NCBI GenBank assembly: GCA_043228905.1
Contig: JBHGNT010000038.1
Span: 124,001-188,000 of the forward strand
From: Azolla caroliniana
Lineage: Eukaryota > Plantae > Polypodiophyta
Direction of reading: 5' to 3'
Length of the DNA: 64,000 nucleotides
Below are positions 26,675 through 41,000 of this stretch, in pieces. Made by a program: the position numbers and the translations under genes. Numbering within the stretch: position 1 is the stretch's first letter; the number at the start of each line of letters is the position of its first letter. Below the pieces are notes generated by a model, which had not been told where the DNA came from, did not search any database, and saw only the letters and a list, made by a program, of their open reading frames with translations.

Positions 26675-29600
26675 GCTAGCTATGATATGGAATTAAAAAA
26701 TCAAGATTTTGAAACTCAGGTCGAGAGACATGACGAAATTTCCAAATTTCAGGAGGGAGTTGCGAAGAGCTAGTAGGTAAATTATAATGTTCATACCTGG
26801 TTCGTGTGATATCGGATTTTTGTGTTCAAACATGCGAATCGAAGCTAATAACGCTAGCTATGATATGGAATTAAAAAATCAAGATTTTGCAACTCAAGTC
26901 AAGAGACATGACGAAATTACCAAATTTGAGGAGTGAGTTGAGAGGAGCCCTTGAGTAAATTAAAATGGTCATACCTAGCGAGTGTGATATCGGATTTTTG
27001 TGTACAAACATGCGAATCGAAGCTAACAACGCTAGCTATGATATGGAATTAAAAAATCAAGATTTTGAAACTTACGTCGAGAGATATGACGAAATTAGCA
27101 AATTTGAGGAGTGAGTTGAGAGGAGCCCTTGAGTAAATTAAAATGGTCATACCTAGCGAGTGTGATATCGGATTTTTGTGTTCAAACTTGCGAATCTAAG
27201 CTAACAACGCTAGCTATGATATGGAATTAAAAAATCAAGATTTTGAAACTCAGGTCGAGAGACATGACGAAATTACCAAATTTGAGGAGCCAGTTAAGAA
27301 GAGCTATTAGGTACATTACAATGTTCATACCTGGCTCGTGTGATATCGGTTTTTTGTGTTCAAACATGCGAATCGAAGCTAACAATGCTAGCTATGATAT
27401 GGAATTAAAAAATCAAGATTTTGAAACTCAGGTCGAGAGACATGAAGAAATTACCAAATTTGAGGAGGGAGTTAAGAAGAGCTATTAGGTAAATTACAAT
27501 GTTCATACCTGGCTCGTGTGATATCGGATTTTTGTGTTCAAACATTGGAATCGAAGCTAACAACGCTAGGTATGATATAGAATTAAAAAATCAAGATTTT
27601 GAAACTCAGGTCGAGAGACATGACGAAATTACCAAATTTGAGGAGTGAGTTAAGAAGAGCTATTAGGTAAATTATAATGTTCATACCTGGCTCGTGTGAT
27701 ATCGGATTTTTGTGTTCAAACATGCGAATCGAAGCTAATAACGCTAGCTATGATATGGAATTAAAAAATCAATATTTTGAAACTCAGGTCGAGAGACATG
27801 ACGAAATTAGCAAATTTGAGGAGTGAGTTGAGATGAGCCCTTGAGTAAATTAAAATGTTCATACATAGCGAGTGTGATATCGGATTTTTGTGTACAAACA
27901 TGCGAATCGAAGCTAACAACGCTAGCTATGATATGGAATTAAAAAATCAAGATTTTGAAACTCAGGTCGAGAGACATGACGAAATTACCAAATTTGAGGA
28001 GTGAGTTGAGAGGAGCCCTTGAGTAAATTATAATGTTCATACCTGGTTCGTGTGATATCGGATTTTTGTGTTCAAACATGCGAATCGAAGCTAATAACGC
28101 TAGCTATGATATGGAATTAAAAAATCAAGATTTTGCAACTCAAGTCAAGAGACATGAAGAAATTACCAAATTTGAGGAGTGAGGTTGGAAGAGCGCGTGA
28201 GTGAATTAAAATGTTCATACCTGGCTCGTGTGATATCGGATTTTTATGTTCAAACATGCGAATCGAAGCTAACAACGCTAGCTACGACATGGAATAAAAA
28301 AAAACAAGATTTTGAAACTCAGGTCAAGAGACATGACGAAATTAGCAAATTTGAGGAGTGAGTTGAGAGGAGCCCTTGAGTAAATTAAAATGTTCATACA
28401 TAGCGAGTGTGATATCGGATTTTTGTGTACAAACATGCGAATCGAAGCTAACAACGCTAGCTATGATATGGAATTAAAAAATCAAGATTTTGAAACTTAC
28501 GTCGAGAGATATGACGAAATTAGCAAATTTGAGGAGTGAGTTGAGAGGAGCCCTTGAGTAAATTAAAATGGTCATACCTAGCGAGTGTGATATCGGATTT
28601 TTGTGTTCAAACATGCGAATCTAAGCTAACAACGCTAGCTATGATATGGAATTAAAAAATCAAGATTTTGAAACTCAGGTCGAGAGACATGACGAAATTA
28701 CCAAATTTGAGGAGCGAGTTGAGAGGAGCCCTTGAGTAAATTAAAATGGTCATACCTAGCGAGTGTGATATCGGATTTTTGTGTACAAACATGCGAATCG
28801 AAGCTAACAACGCTAGCTATGATATGGAATTAAAAAATCAAGATTTTGAAACTCAGGTCGAGAGACATGAAGAAATTACCAAATTTAAGGAGGGAGTTAA
28901 GAAGAGCTATTAGGTAAATTACAATGTTCATACCTGGCTCGTGTGATATCGGATTTTTGTGTTCAAACATTGGAATCGAAGCTAACAACGCTAGGTATGA
29001 TATAGAATTAAAAAATCAAGATTTTGAAACTCAGGTCGAGAGACATGACGAAATTACCAAATTTGAGGAGCCAGTTAAGAAGAGCTATTAGGTACATTAC
29101 AATGTTCATACCTGGCTCGTGTGATATCGGTTTTTTGTGTTCAAACATGCGAATCGAAGCTAACAATGCTAGCTATGATATGGAATTAAAAAATCAAGAT
29201 TTTGAAACTCAGGTCGAGAGACATGAAGAAATTACCAAATTTGAGGAGGGAGTTAAGAAGAGCTATTAGGTAAATTACAATGTTCATACCTGGCTCGTGT
29301 GATATCGGATTTTTGTGTTCAAACATTGGAATCGAAGCTAACAACGCTAGGTATGATATAGAATTAAAAAATCAAGATTTTGAAACTCAGGTCGAGAGAC
29401 ATGACGAAATTACCAAATTTGAGGAGTGAGTTAAGAAGAGCTATTAGGTAAATTATAATGTTCATACCTGGCTCGTGTGATATCGGATTTTTGTGTTCAA
29501 ACATGCGAATCGAAGCTAATAACGCTAGCTATGATATGGAATTAAAAAATCAATATTTTGAAACTCAGGTCGAGAGACATGACGAAATTAGCAAATTTGA

Positions 29601-32600
29601 GGAGTGAGTTGAGATGAGCCCTTGAGTAAATTAAAATGTTCATACATAGCGAGTGTGATATCGGATTTTTGTGTACAAACATGCGAATCGAAGCTAACAA
29701 CGCTAGCTATGATATGGAATTAAAAAATCAAGATTTTGAAACTCAGGTCGAGAGACATGACGAAATTTCCAAATTTCAGGAGGGAGTTGAGAAGAGCTAG
29801 TAGGTAAATTATAATGTTCATACCTGGTTCGTGTGATATCGGATTTTTGTGTTCAAACATGCGAATCGAAGCTAATAACGCTAGCTATGATATGGAATTA
29901 AAAAATCAAGATTTTGCAACTCAAGTCAAGAGACATGACGAAATTACCAAATTTGAGGAGTGAGTTGAGAGGAGCCCTTGAGTAAATTAAAATGGTCATA
30001 CCTAGCGAGTGTGATATCGGATTTTTGTGTACAAACATGCGAATCGAAGCTAACAACGCTAGCTATGATATGGAATTAAAAAATCAAGATTTTGAAACTT
30101 ACGTCGAGAGATATGACGAAATTAGCAAATTTGAGGAGTGAGTTGAGAGGAGCCCTTGAGTAAATTAAAATGGTCATACCTAGCGAGTGTGATATCGGAT
30201 TTTTGTGTTCAAACTTGCGAATCTAAGCTAACAACGCTAGCTATGATATGGAATTAAAAAATCAAGATTTTGAAACTCAGGTCGAGAGACATGACGAAAT
30301 TACCAAATTTGAGGAGCCAGTTAAGAAGAGCTATTAGGTACATTACAATGTTCATACCTGGCTCGTGTGATATCGGTTTTTTGTGTTCAAACATGCGAAT
30401 CGAAGCTAACAATGCTAGCTATGATATGGAATTAAAAAATCAAGATTTTGAAACTCAGGTCGAGAGACATGAAGAAATTACCAAATTTGAGGAGGGAGTT
30501 AAGAAGAGCTATTAGGTAAATTACAATGTTCATACCTGGCTCGTGTGATATCGGATTTTTGTGTTCAAACATTGGAATCGAAGCTAACAACGCTAGGTAT
30601 GATATAGAATTAAAAAATCAAGATTTTGAAACTCAGGTCGAGAGACATGACGAAATTACCAAATTTGAGGAGTGAGTTAAGAAGAGCTATTAGGTAAATT
30701 ATAATGTTCATACCTGGCTCGTGTGATATCGGATTTTTGTGTTCAAACATGCGAATCGAAGCTAATAACGCTAGCTATGATATGGAATTAAAAAATCAAT
30801 ATTTTGAAACTCAGGTCGAGAGACATGACGAAATTAGCAAATTTGAGGTACGAGTTGAGATGAGCCCTTGAGTAAATTAAAATGTTCATACATAGCGAGT
30901 GTGATATCGGATTTTTGTGTACAAACATGCGAATCGAAGCTAACAACGCTAGCTATGATATGGAATTAAAAAATCAAGATTTTGAAACTCAGGTCGAGAG
31001 ACATGACGAAATTACCAAATTTGAGGAGTGAGTTGAGAGGAGCCCTTGAGTAAATTATAATGTTCATACCTGGTTCGTGTGATATCGGATTTTTGTGTTC
31101 AAACATGCGAATCGAAGCTAATAACGCTAGCTATGATATGGAATTAAAAAATCAAGATTTTGCAACTCAAGTCAAGAGACATGAAGAAATTACCAAATTT
31201 GAGGAGTGAGGTTGGAAGAGCGCGTGAGTGAATTAAAATGTTCATACCTGGCTCGTGTGATATCGGATTTTTATGTTCAAACATGCGAATCGAAGCTAAC
31301 AACGCTAGCTACGACATGGAATAAAAAAAAACAAGATTTTGAAACTCAGGTCAAGAGACATGACGAAATTAGCAAATTTGAGGAGTGAGTTGAGAGGAGC
31401 CCTTGAGTAAATTAAAATGTTCATACATAGCGAGTGTGATATCGGATTTTTGTGTACAAACATGCGAATCGAAGCTAACAACGCTAGCTATGATATGGAA
31501 TTAAAAAATCAAGATTTTGAAACTTACGTCGAGAGATATGACGAAATTAGCAAATTTGAGGAGTGAGTTGAGAGGAGCCCTTGAGTAAATTAAAATGGTC
31601 ATACCTAGCGAGTGTGATATCGGATTTTTGTGTTCAAACATGCGAATCTAAGCTAACAACGCTAGCTATGATATGGAATTAAAAAATCAAGATTTTGAAA
31701 CTCAGGTCGAGAGACATGACGAAATTACCAAATTTGAGGAGCGAGTTGAGAGGAGCCCTTGAGTAAATTAAAATGGTCATACCTAGCGAGTGTGATATCG
31801 GATTTTTGTGTACAAACATGCGAATCGAAGCTAACAACGCTAGCTATGATATGGAATTAAAAAATCAAGATTTTGAAACTCAGGTCGAGAGACATGAAGA
31901 AATTACCAAATTTAAGGAGGGAGTTAAGAAGAGCTATTAGGTAAATTACAATGTTCATACCTGGCTCGTGTGATATCGGATTTTTGTGTTCAAACATTGG
32001 AATCGAAGCTAACAACGCTAGGTATGATATAGAATTAAAAAATCAAGATTTTGAAACTCAGGTCGAGAGACATGACGAAATTACCAAATTTGAGGAGCCA
32101 GTTAAGAAGAGCTATTAGGTACATTACAATGTTCATACCTGGCTCGTGTGATATCGGTTTTTTGTGTTCAAACATGCGAATCGAAGCTAACAATGCTAGC
32201 TATGATATGGAATTAAAAAATCAAGATTTTGAAACTCAGGTCGAGAGACATGAAGAAATTACCAAATTTGAGGAGGGAGTTAAGAAGAGCTATTAGGTAA
32301 ATTACAATGTTCATACCTGGCTCGTGTGATATCGGATTTTTGTGTTCAAACATTGGAATCGAAGCTAACAACGCTAGGTATGATATAGAATTAAAAAATC
32401 AAGATTTTGAAACTCAGGTCGAGAGACATGACGAAATTACCAAATTTGAGGAGTGAGTTAAGAAGAGCTATTAGGTAAATTATAATGTTCATACCTGGCT
32501 CGTGTGATATCGGATTTTTGTGTTCAAACATGCGAATCGAAGCTAATAACGCTAGCTATGATATGGAATTAAAAAATCAATATTTTGAAACTCAGGTCGA

Positions 32601-33220
32601 GAGACATGACGAAATTAGCAAATTTGAGGAGTGAGTTGAGATGAGCCCTTGAGTAAATTAAAATGTTCATACATAGCGAGTGTGATATCGGATTTTTGTG
32701 TACAAACATGCGAATCGAAGCTAACAACGCTAGCTATGATATGGAATTAAAAAATCAAGTTTTTGAAACTCAGGTCGAGAGACATGACGAAATTACCAAA
32801 TTTGAGGAGTGAGTTGAGAGGAGCCCTTGAGTAAATTATAATGTTCATACCTGGTTCGTGTGATATCGGATTTTTGTGTTCAAACATGCGAATCGAAGCT
32901 AATAACGCTAGCTATGATATGGAATTAAAAAATCAAGATTTTGCAACTCAAGTCAAGAGACATGAAGAAATTACCAAATTTGAGGAGTGAGGTTGGAAGA
33001 GCGCGTGAGTGAATTAAAATGTTCATACCTGGCTCGTGTGATATCGGATTTTTATGTTCAAACATGCGAATCGAAGCTAACAACGCTAGCTACGACATGG
33101 AATAAAAAAAAACAAGATTTTGAAACTCAGGTCAAGAGACATGACGAAATTAGCAAATTTGAGGAGTGAGTTGAGAGGAGCCCTTGAGTAAATTAAAATG
33201 TTCATACATAGCGAGTGTGA
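26675..33220 (+). repeat. 17-monomer tandem duplication (3027 bp) with an internal 10-monomer (1781 bp) period
   Basis: 27243/30270, 28179/31206 and 29024/32051 are 3027 apart; 27243/29024, 30270/32051 and 31206/32987 are 1781 apart. Private variants are GAGGAGCCAGTT (four times) and AAATTTAAGGAG (twice). Confidence 0.9.
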
Positions 33221-33639
33221 TATCGGATTTTTGTGTTCAAACATGCGAATCGAAGCTAACAACGCTAGCTATGATATGGAATTAAAAAATCAAGATTTTG
33301 AAACTTACGTCGAGAGATATGACGAAATTAGCAAATTTGAGGAGTGAGTTGAGAGGAGCCCTTGAGTAAATTAAAATGGTCATACCTAGCGAGTGTGATA
33401 TCGGATTTTTGTGTTCAAACATGCGAATCGAAGCTAATAACGCTAGCTATGATATGGAATTAAAAAATCAAGATTTTGCAACTCAAGTCAAGAGACATGA
33501 AGAAATTACCAAATTTGAGGAGTGAGGTTGGAAGAGCGCGTGAGTGAATTAAAATGTTCATACCTGGCTCGTGTGATATCGGATTTTTGTGTTCAAACAT
33601 GCGAATCGAAGCTAACAACGCTAGCTATGATATGGAATA

Positions 33640-36600
33640 AAAAAAACAAGATTTTCAAACTCAGGTCAAGAGACATGACGAAATTAGCAAATTTGAGGAG
33701 TGAGTTGAGAGGAGCCCTTGAGTAAATTAAAATGGTCATACCTAGAGAGTGTGATATCGGATTTTTGTGTACAAACATGCGAATCGAAGCTAAAAACGCT
33801 AGCTATGATATGGAATTAAAAAATCAAGATTTTGAAACTCAGGTCGAGAGACATGACGAAATTACCAAATTTGAGGAGGGAGTTGAGAGGGGCCCTTGAG
33901 TAAATTAATATGTTCATACCTAGCTCGTGTGATATCGGATTTTTGTGTTCAAACATGCGAATCGAAGCTAACAACGCTAGCTATGATATGGAATTAAAAA
34001 AACAAGATTTTCAAACTCAGGTCAAGAGACATGACGAAATTAGCAAATTTGAGGAGTGAGTTGAGAGGAGCCCTTGAGTAAATTAAAATGGTCATACCTA
34101 GAGAGTGTGATATCGGATTTTTGTGTACAAACATGCGAATCGAAGCTAAAAACGCTAGCTATGATATGGAATTAAAAAATCAAGATTTTGAAACTCAGGT
34201 CGAGAGACATGACGAAATTACCAAATTTGAGGAGGGAGTTGAGAGGGGCCCTTGAGTAAATTAATATGTTCATACCTAGCTCGTGTGATATCGGATTTTT
34301 GTGTTCAAACATGCGAATCGAAGCTAACAACGCTAGCTATGATATGGAATTAAAAAAACAAGATTTTCAAACTCAGGTCAAGAGACATGACGAAATTAGC
34401 AAATTTGAGGAGTGAGTTGAGAGGAGCCCTTGAGTAAATTAAAATGGTCATACCTAGAGAGTGTGATATCGGATTTTTGTGTACAAACATGCGAATCGAA
34501 GCTAACAACGCTAGCTATGATATGGAATTAAAAAATCAAGACTTTGAAACTCAGGTCAAGAGACATGACGAAATTACTAAATTTGAGGAGGGAGTTAAGA
34601 GGGGCCCTTGAGTAAATTCAAATGGTCATACCTAGCTCGTGTGATATCGGATTTTTGTGTTCAAACATGCGAATCGAAGCTAACAACGCTAGCTACGACA
34701 TGGAATAAAAAAAAACAAGATTTTGAAACTCAGGTCAAGAGACATGACGAAATTAGCAAATTTGAGGAGTGAGTTGAGAGGAGCCCTTGAGTAAATTAAA
34801 ATGTTCATACCTAGCGAGTGTGATATCGGATTTTTGTGTTCAAACATGCGAATCGAAGCTAACAATGCTAGCTATGATATGGAATTAAAAAATCAAGATT
34901 TTGAAACTCAGGTCGAGAGACATGACGAAATTTCCAAATTTCAGGAGGGAGTTGAGAAGAGCTAGTAGGTAAATTATAATGTTCATACCTGGCTCGTGTG
35001 ATATCGGATTTTTGTGTTCAAACATGCGAATCGAAGCTAACAACGCTAGCTATGATATGGAATAAAAAAAACAAGATTTTCAAACTCAGGTCAAGAGACA
35101 TGACGAAATTAGCAAATTTGAGGAGTGAGTTGAGAGGAGCCCTTGAGTAAATTAAAATGGTCATACCTAGAGAGTGTGATATCGGATTTTTGTGTACAAA
35201 CATGCGAATCGAAGCTAAAAACGCTAGCTATGATATGGAATTAAAAAATCAAGATTTTGAAACTCAGGTCGAGAGACATGACGAAATTACCAAATTTGAG
35301 GAGGGAGTTGAGAGGGGCCCTTGAGTAAATTAATATGTTCATACCTAGCTCGTGTGATATCGGATTTTTGTGTTCAAACATGCGAATCGAAGCTAACAAC
35401 GCTAGCTATGATATGGAATAAAAAAAACAAGATTTTCAAACTCAGGTCAAGAGACATGACGAAATTAGCAAATTTGAGGAGTGAGTTGAGAGGAGCCCTT
35501 GAGTAAATTAAAATGGTCATACCTAGAGAGTGTGATATCGGATTTTTGTGTACAAACATGCGAATCGAAGCTAAAAACGCTAGCTATGATATGGAATTAA
35601 AAAATCAAGATTTTGAAACTCAGGTCGAGAGACATGACGAAATTACCAAATTTGAGGAGGGAGTTGAGAGGGGCCCTTGAGTAAATTAATATGTTCATAC
35701 CTAGCTCGTGTGATATCGGATTTTTGTGTTCAAACATACGAATCGAAGCTAACAACGCTAGCTATGATATGGAATTAAAAAAACAAGATTTTCAAACTCA
35801 GGTCAAGAGACATGACGAAATTAGCAAATTTGAGGAGTGAGTTGAGAGGAGCCCTTGAGTAAATTAAAATGGTCATACCTAGAGAGTGTGATATCGGATT
35901 TTTGTGTACAAACATGCGAATCGAAGCTAAAAACGCTAGCTATGATATGGAATTAAAAAATCAAGATTTTGAAACTCAGGTCGAGAGACATGACGAAATT
36001 ACCAAATTTGAGGAGGGAGTTGAGAGGGGCCCTTGAGTAAATTAATATGTTCATACCTAGCTCGTGTGATATCGGATTTTTGTGTTCAAACATGCGAATC
36101 GAAGCTAACAACGCTAGCTATGATATGGAATTAAAAAAACAAGATTTTCAAACTCAGGTCAAGAGACATGACGAAATTAGCAAATTTGAGGAGTGAGTTG
36201 AGAGGAGCCCTTGAGTAAATTAAAATGGTCATACCTAGAGAGTGTGATATCGGATTTTTGTGTACAAACATGCGAACCGAAGCTAACAACGCTAGCTATG
36301 ATATGGAATTAAAAAATCAAGACTTTGAAACTTAGGTCAAGAGACATGACGAAATTACTAAATTTGAGGAGGGAGTTAAGAGGGGCCCTTGAGTAAATTC
36401 AAATGGTCATACCTAGCTCGTGTGATATCGGATTTTTGTGTTCAAACATGCGAATCGAAGCTAACAACGCTAGCTACGACATGGAATAAAAAAAAACAAG
36501 ATTTTGAAACTCAGGTCAAGAGACATGACGAAATTAGCAAATTTGAGGAGTGAGTTGAGAGGAGCCCTTGAGTAAATTAAAATGGTCATACCTAGAGAGT

Positions 36601-37900
36601 GTGATATCGGATTTTTGTGTACAAACATGCGAATCGAAGCTAAAAACGCTAGCTATGATATGGAATTAAAAAATCAAGATTTTGAAACTCAGGTCGAGAG
36701 ACATGATGAAATTACCAAATTTGAGGAGGGAGTTGAGAGGGGCCCTTGAGTAAATTAATATGTTCATACCTAGCTCGTGTGATATCGGATTTTTGTGTTC
36801 AAACATGCGAATCGAAGCTAACAACGCTAGCTATGATATGGAATTAAAAAAACAAGATTTTCAAACTCAGGTCAAGAGACATGACGAAATTAGCAAATTT
36901 GAGGAGTCAGTTGAGAGGAGCCCTTGAGTAAATTAAAATGGTCATACCTAGAGAGTGTGATATCGGATTTTTGTGTACAAACATGCGAATCGAAGCTAAA
37001 AACGCTAGCTATGATATGGAATTAAAAAATCAAGATTTTGAAACTCAGGTCGAGAGACATGACGAAATTACCAAATTTGAGGAGGGAGTTGAGAGGGGCC
37101 CTTGAGTAAATTAATATGTTCATACCTAGCTCGTGTGATATCGGATTTTTGTGTTCAAACATGCGAATCGAAGCTAACAACGCTAGCTATGATATGGAAT
37201 TAAAAAAACAAGATTTTCAAACTCAGGTCAAGAGACATGACGAAATTAGCAAATTTGAGGAGTGAGTTGAGAGGAGCCCTTGAGTAAATTAAAATGGTCA
37301 TACCTAGAGAGTGTGATATCGGATTTTTGTGTACAAACATGCGAATCGAAGCTAAAAACGCTAGCTATGATATGGAATTAAAAAATCAAGATTTTGAAAC
37401 TCAGGTCGAGAGACATGACGAAATTACCAAATTTGAGGAGGGAGTTGAGAGGGGCCCTTGAGTAAATTAAAATGGTCATACCTAGCTCGTGTGATATCGG
37501 ATTTCTGTGTTCAAACATGCGAATCGAAGCTAACAACGCTAGCTACGACATGGAATAAAAAAAAACAAGATTTTGAAACTCAGGTCAAGAGACATGACGA
37601 AATTAGCAAATTTGAGGAGTGAGTTGAGAGGAGCCCTTGAGTAAATTAAAATGGTCATACCTAGCTCGTGTGATATCGGATTTTTGTGTACAAACATGCG
37701 AATCGAAGCTAAAAACGCTAGCTATGATATGGAATTAAAAAATCAAGATTTTGAAACTCAGGTCGAGAGACATGACGAAATTACCAAATTTGAGGAGGGA
37801 GTTGAGAGGGGCCCTTGAGTAAATTAATATGTTCATACCTAGCTCGTGTGATATCGGATTTTTGTGTTCAAACATGCGAATCGAAGCTAACAACGCTAGC
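33640..37900 (+). repeat. Domain dominated by a dimeric (356-bp) higher-order repeat
   Basis: Variant CCTAGAGAGT occurs at 33741, 34097, 34453, 35166, 35522, 35878, 36234, 36591, 36947 and 37303, mostly alternating with a TTAATATGTTC/GATTTTCAAA monomer. Confidence 0.92.
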
Positions 37901-38079
37901 TATGATATGGAATTAAAAAATCAAGACTTTGAAACTCAGGTCAAGAGACATGACGAAATTACTAAATTTGAGGAGGGAGTTGAGAGGGGCCCTTGAGTAA
38001 ATTAAAATGGTCATACCTAGCTAGTGTGATATCGGATTTTTGTGTTCAAACATGCGAATCGAAGCTAACAACGCTAGCT

Positions 38080-41000
38080 ACGACATGGAATAAAAAAAAA
38101 CAAGATTTTGAAACTCAGGTCAAGAGACATGACGAAATTAGCAAATTTGAGGAGTGAGTTGAGAGGAGCCCTTGAGTAAATTAAAATGTTCATACATAGC
38201 GAGTGTGATATCGGATTTTTGTGTACAAACATGCGAATCGAAGCTAACAACGCTAGCTATGATATGGAATTAAAAAATTAAGATTTTGAAACTTACGTCG
38301 AGAGATATGACGAAATTAGCAAATTTGAGGAGTGAGTTGAGAGGAGCCCTTGAGTAAATTAAAATGGTCATACCTAGCGAGTGTGATATCGGATTTTTGT
38401 GTTCAAACATGCGAATCTAAGCTAACAACGCTAGCTATGATATGGAATTAAAAAATCAAGATTTTGAAACTCAGGTCGAGAGACATGACGAAATTACCAA
38501 ATTTGAGGAGCGAGTTAAGAAGAGCTATTAGGTACATTACAATGTTCATACCTGGCTCGTGTGATATCGGTTTTTTGTGTTCAAACATGCGAATCGAAGC
38601 TAACAATGCTAGCTATGATATGGAATTAAAAAATCAAGATTTTGAAACTCAGGTCGAGAGACATGACGAAATTTCCAAATTTCAGGAGGGAGTTGAGAAG
38701 AGCTAGTAGGTAAATTATAATGTTCATACCTGGTTCGTGTGATATCGGATTTTTTTGTTCAAACATTCGAATCGAAGCTAACAACGCTAGCTATGATATG
38801 GAATTACAAAATCAAGATTTTGAAACTCCAGTCGAGAGACATGATGAAATTACCAAATTTGAGGAGTGACGTTGGAAGAGCGCGTGAGTGAATTAAAATG
38901 TTCATACCTGGCTCGTGTGATATCGGATTTTTGTGTTCAAACATGCAAATCGAAGCTAACAACGCTAGCTATGATATGGAATAAATAAAACAAGATTTTG
39001 AAACTCAGGTCAAGAGACATGACGAAATTAGCAAATTTGAGGAGTGAGTTGAGAGGAGCCCTTGAGTAAATTAAAATGTTCATACCTAGCGAGTGTGATA
39101 TCGGCTTTTTGTGTACAAACATGCGAATCGAAGCTAACAACGCTAGCTATGATATGGAATTAAAAAATCAAGACTTTGAAACTCAGGTCAAGAGACATGA
39201 CGAAATTACTAAATTTGAGGAGGGAGTTGAGAGGGGCCCTTGAGTAAATTAAAATGGTCATACCTAGCTCGTGTGATATCGGATTTTTGTGTTCAAACAT
39301 GCGAATCGAAGCTAACAACGCTAGCTACGACATGGAATAAAAAAAAACAAGATTTTGAAACTCAGGTCAAGAGACATGACGAAATTAGCAAATTTGAGGA
39401 GTGAGTTGAGAGGAGCCCTTGAGTAAATTAAAATGTTCATACATAGCGAGTGTGATATCGGATTTTTGTGTACAAACATGCGAATCGAAGCTAACAACGC
39501 TAGCTATGATATGGAATTAAAAAATCAAGATTTTGAAACTCAGGTCGAGAGACATGACGAAATTACCAAATTTGAGGAGGGGGTTGAGAGGGGCCCTTGA
39601 GTAAATTAAAATGTTCATACCTAGCTCGTGTGATATCGGATTTTTGTGTTCAAACATGCGAATCGAAGCTAACAACGCTAGCTATGATATGGAATAAAAA
39701 AAACAAGATTTTGAAACTCAGGTCGAGAGACATGACGAAATTACCAAATTTGAGGAGTGAGTTGAGAGGAGCCCTTGAGTAAATTAAAATGGTCATACCT
39801 AGCGAGTGTGATATCGGATTTTTGTGTACAAACATGCGAATCGAAGCTAACAACGCTAGCTATGATATGGAATTACAAAATCAAGATTTTGAAACTCAGG
39901 TCGAGAGACATGACGAAATTACCAAATTTGAGGAGGGAGTTGAGAGGGGCCCTTGAGTAAATTAAAATGTTCATACCTAGCGAGTGTGATATCGGATTTT
40001 TGTGTTCAAACATGCGAATCGAAGCTAACAATGCTAGCTATGATATGGAATTAAAAAATCAAGATTTTGAAACTCAGGTCGAGAGACATGACGAAATTTC
40101 CAAATTTCAGGAGGGAGTTGAGAAGAGCTAGTAGGTAAATTATAATGTTCATACCTGGTTCGTGTGATATCGGATTTTTGTGTTCAAACATGCGAATCGA
40201 AGCTAATAACGCTAGCTATGATATGGAATTAAAAAATCAAGATTTTGCAACTCAAGTCGAGAGACATGAAGAAATTACCAAATTTGAGGAGTGAGGTTGG
40301 AAGAGCGCGTGAGTGAATTAAAATGTTCATACCTGGCTCGTGTGATATCGGATTTTTGTGTTCACACATGCGAATCGAAGCTAACAACGCTAGTTATGAT
40401 ATGGAATTACAAAATCAAGATTTTGAAACTCCAGTCGAGAGACATGATGAAATTACCAAATTTGAGGAGTGACGTTGGAAGAGCGCGTGAGTGAATTAAA
40501 ATGTTCATACCTGGCTCGTGTGATATCGGATTTTTGTGTTCAAACATGCAAATCGAAGCTAACAACGCTAGCTATGATATGGAATAAAAAAAACAAGATT
40601 TTGAAACTCAGGTCAAGAGACATGACGAAATTAGCAAATTTGAGGAGTGAGTTGAGAGGAGCCCTTGAGTAAATTAAAATGTTCATACCTAGCGAGTGTG
40701 ATATCGGCTTTTTGTGTACAAACATGCGAATCGAAGCTAACAACGCTAGCTATGATATGGAATTAAAAAATCAAGACTTTGAAACTCAGGTCAAGAGACA
40801 TGACGAAATTACTAAATTTGAGGAGGGAGTTGAGAGGGGCCCTTGAGTAAATTAAAATGGTCATACCTAGCTCGTGTGATATCGGATTTTTGTGTTCAAA
40901 CATGCGAATCGAAGCTAACAACGCTAGCTACGACATGGAATAAAAAAAAACAAGATTTTGAAACTCAGGTCAAGAGACATGACGAAATTAGCAAATTTGA

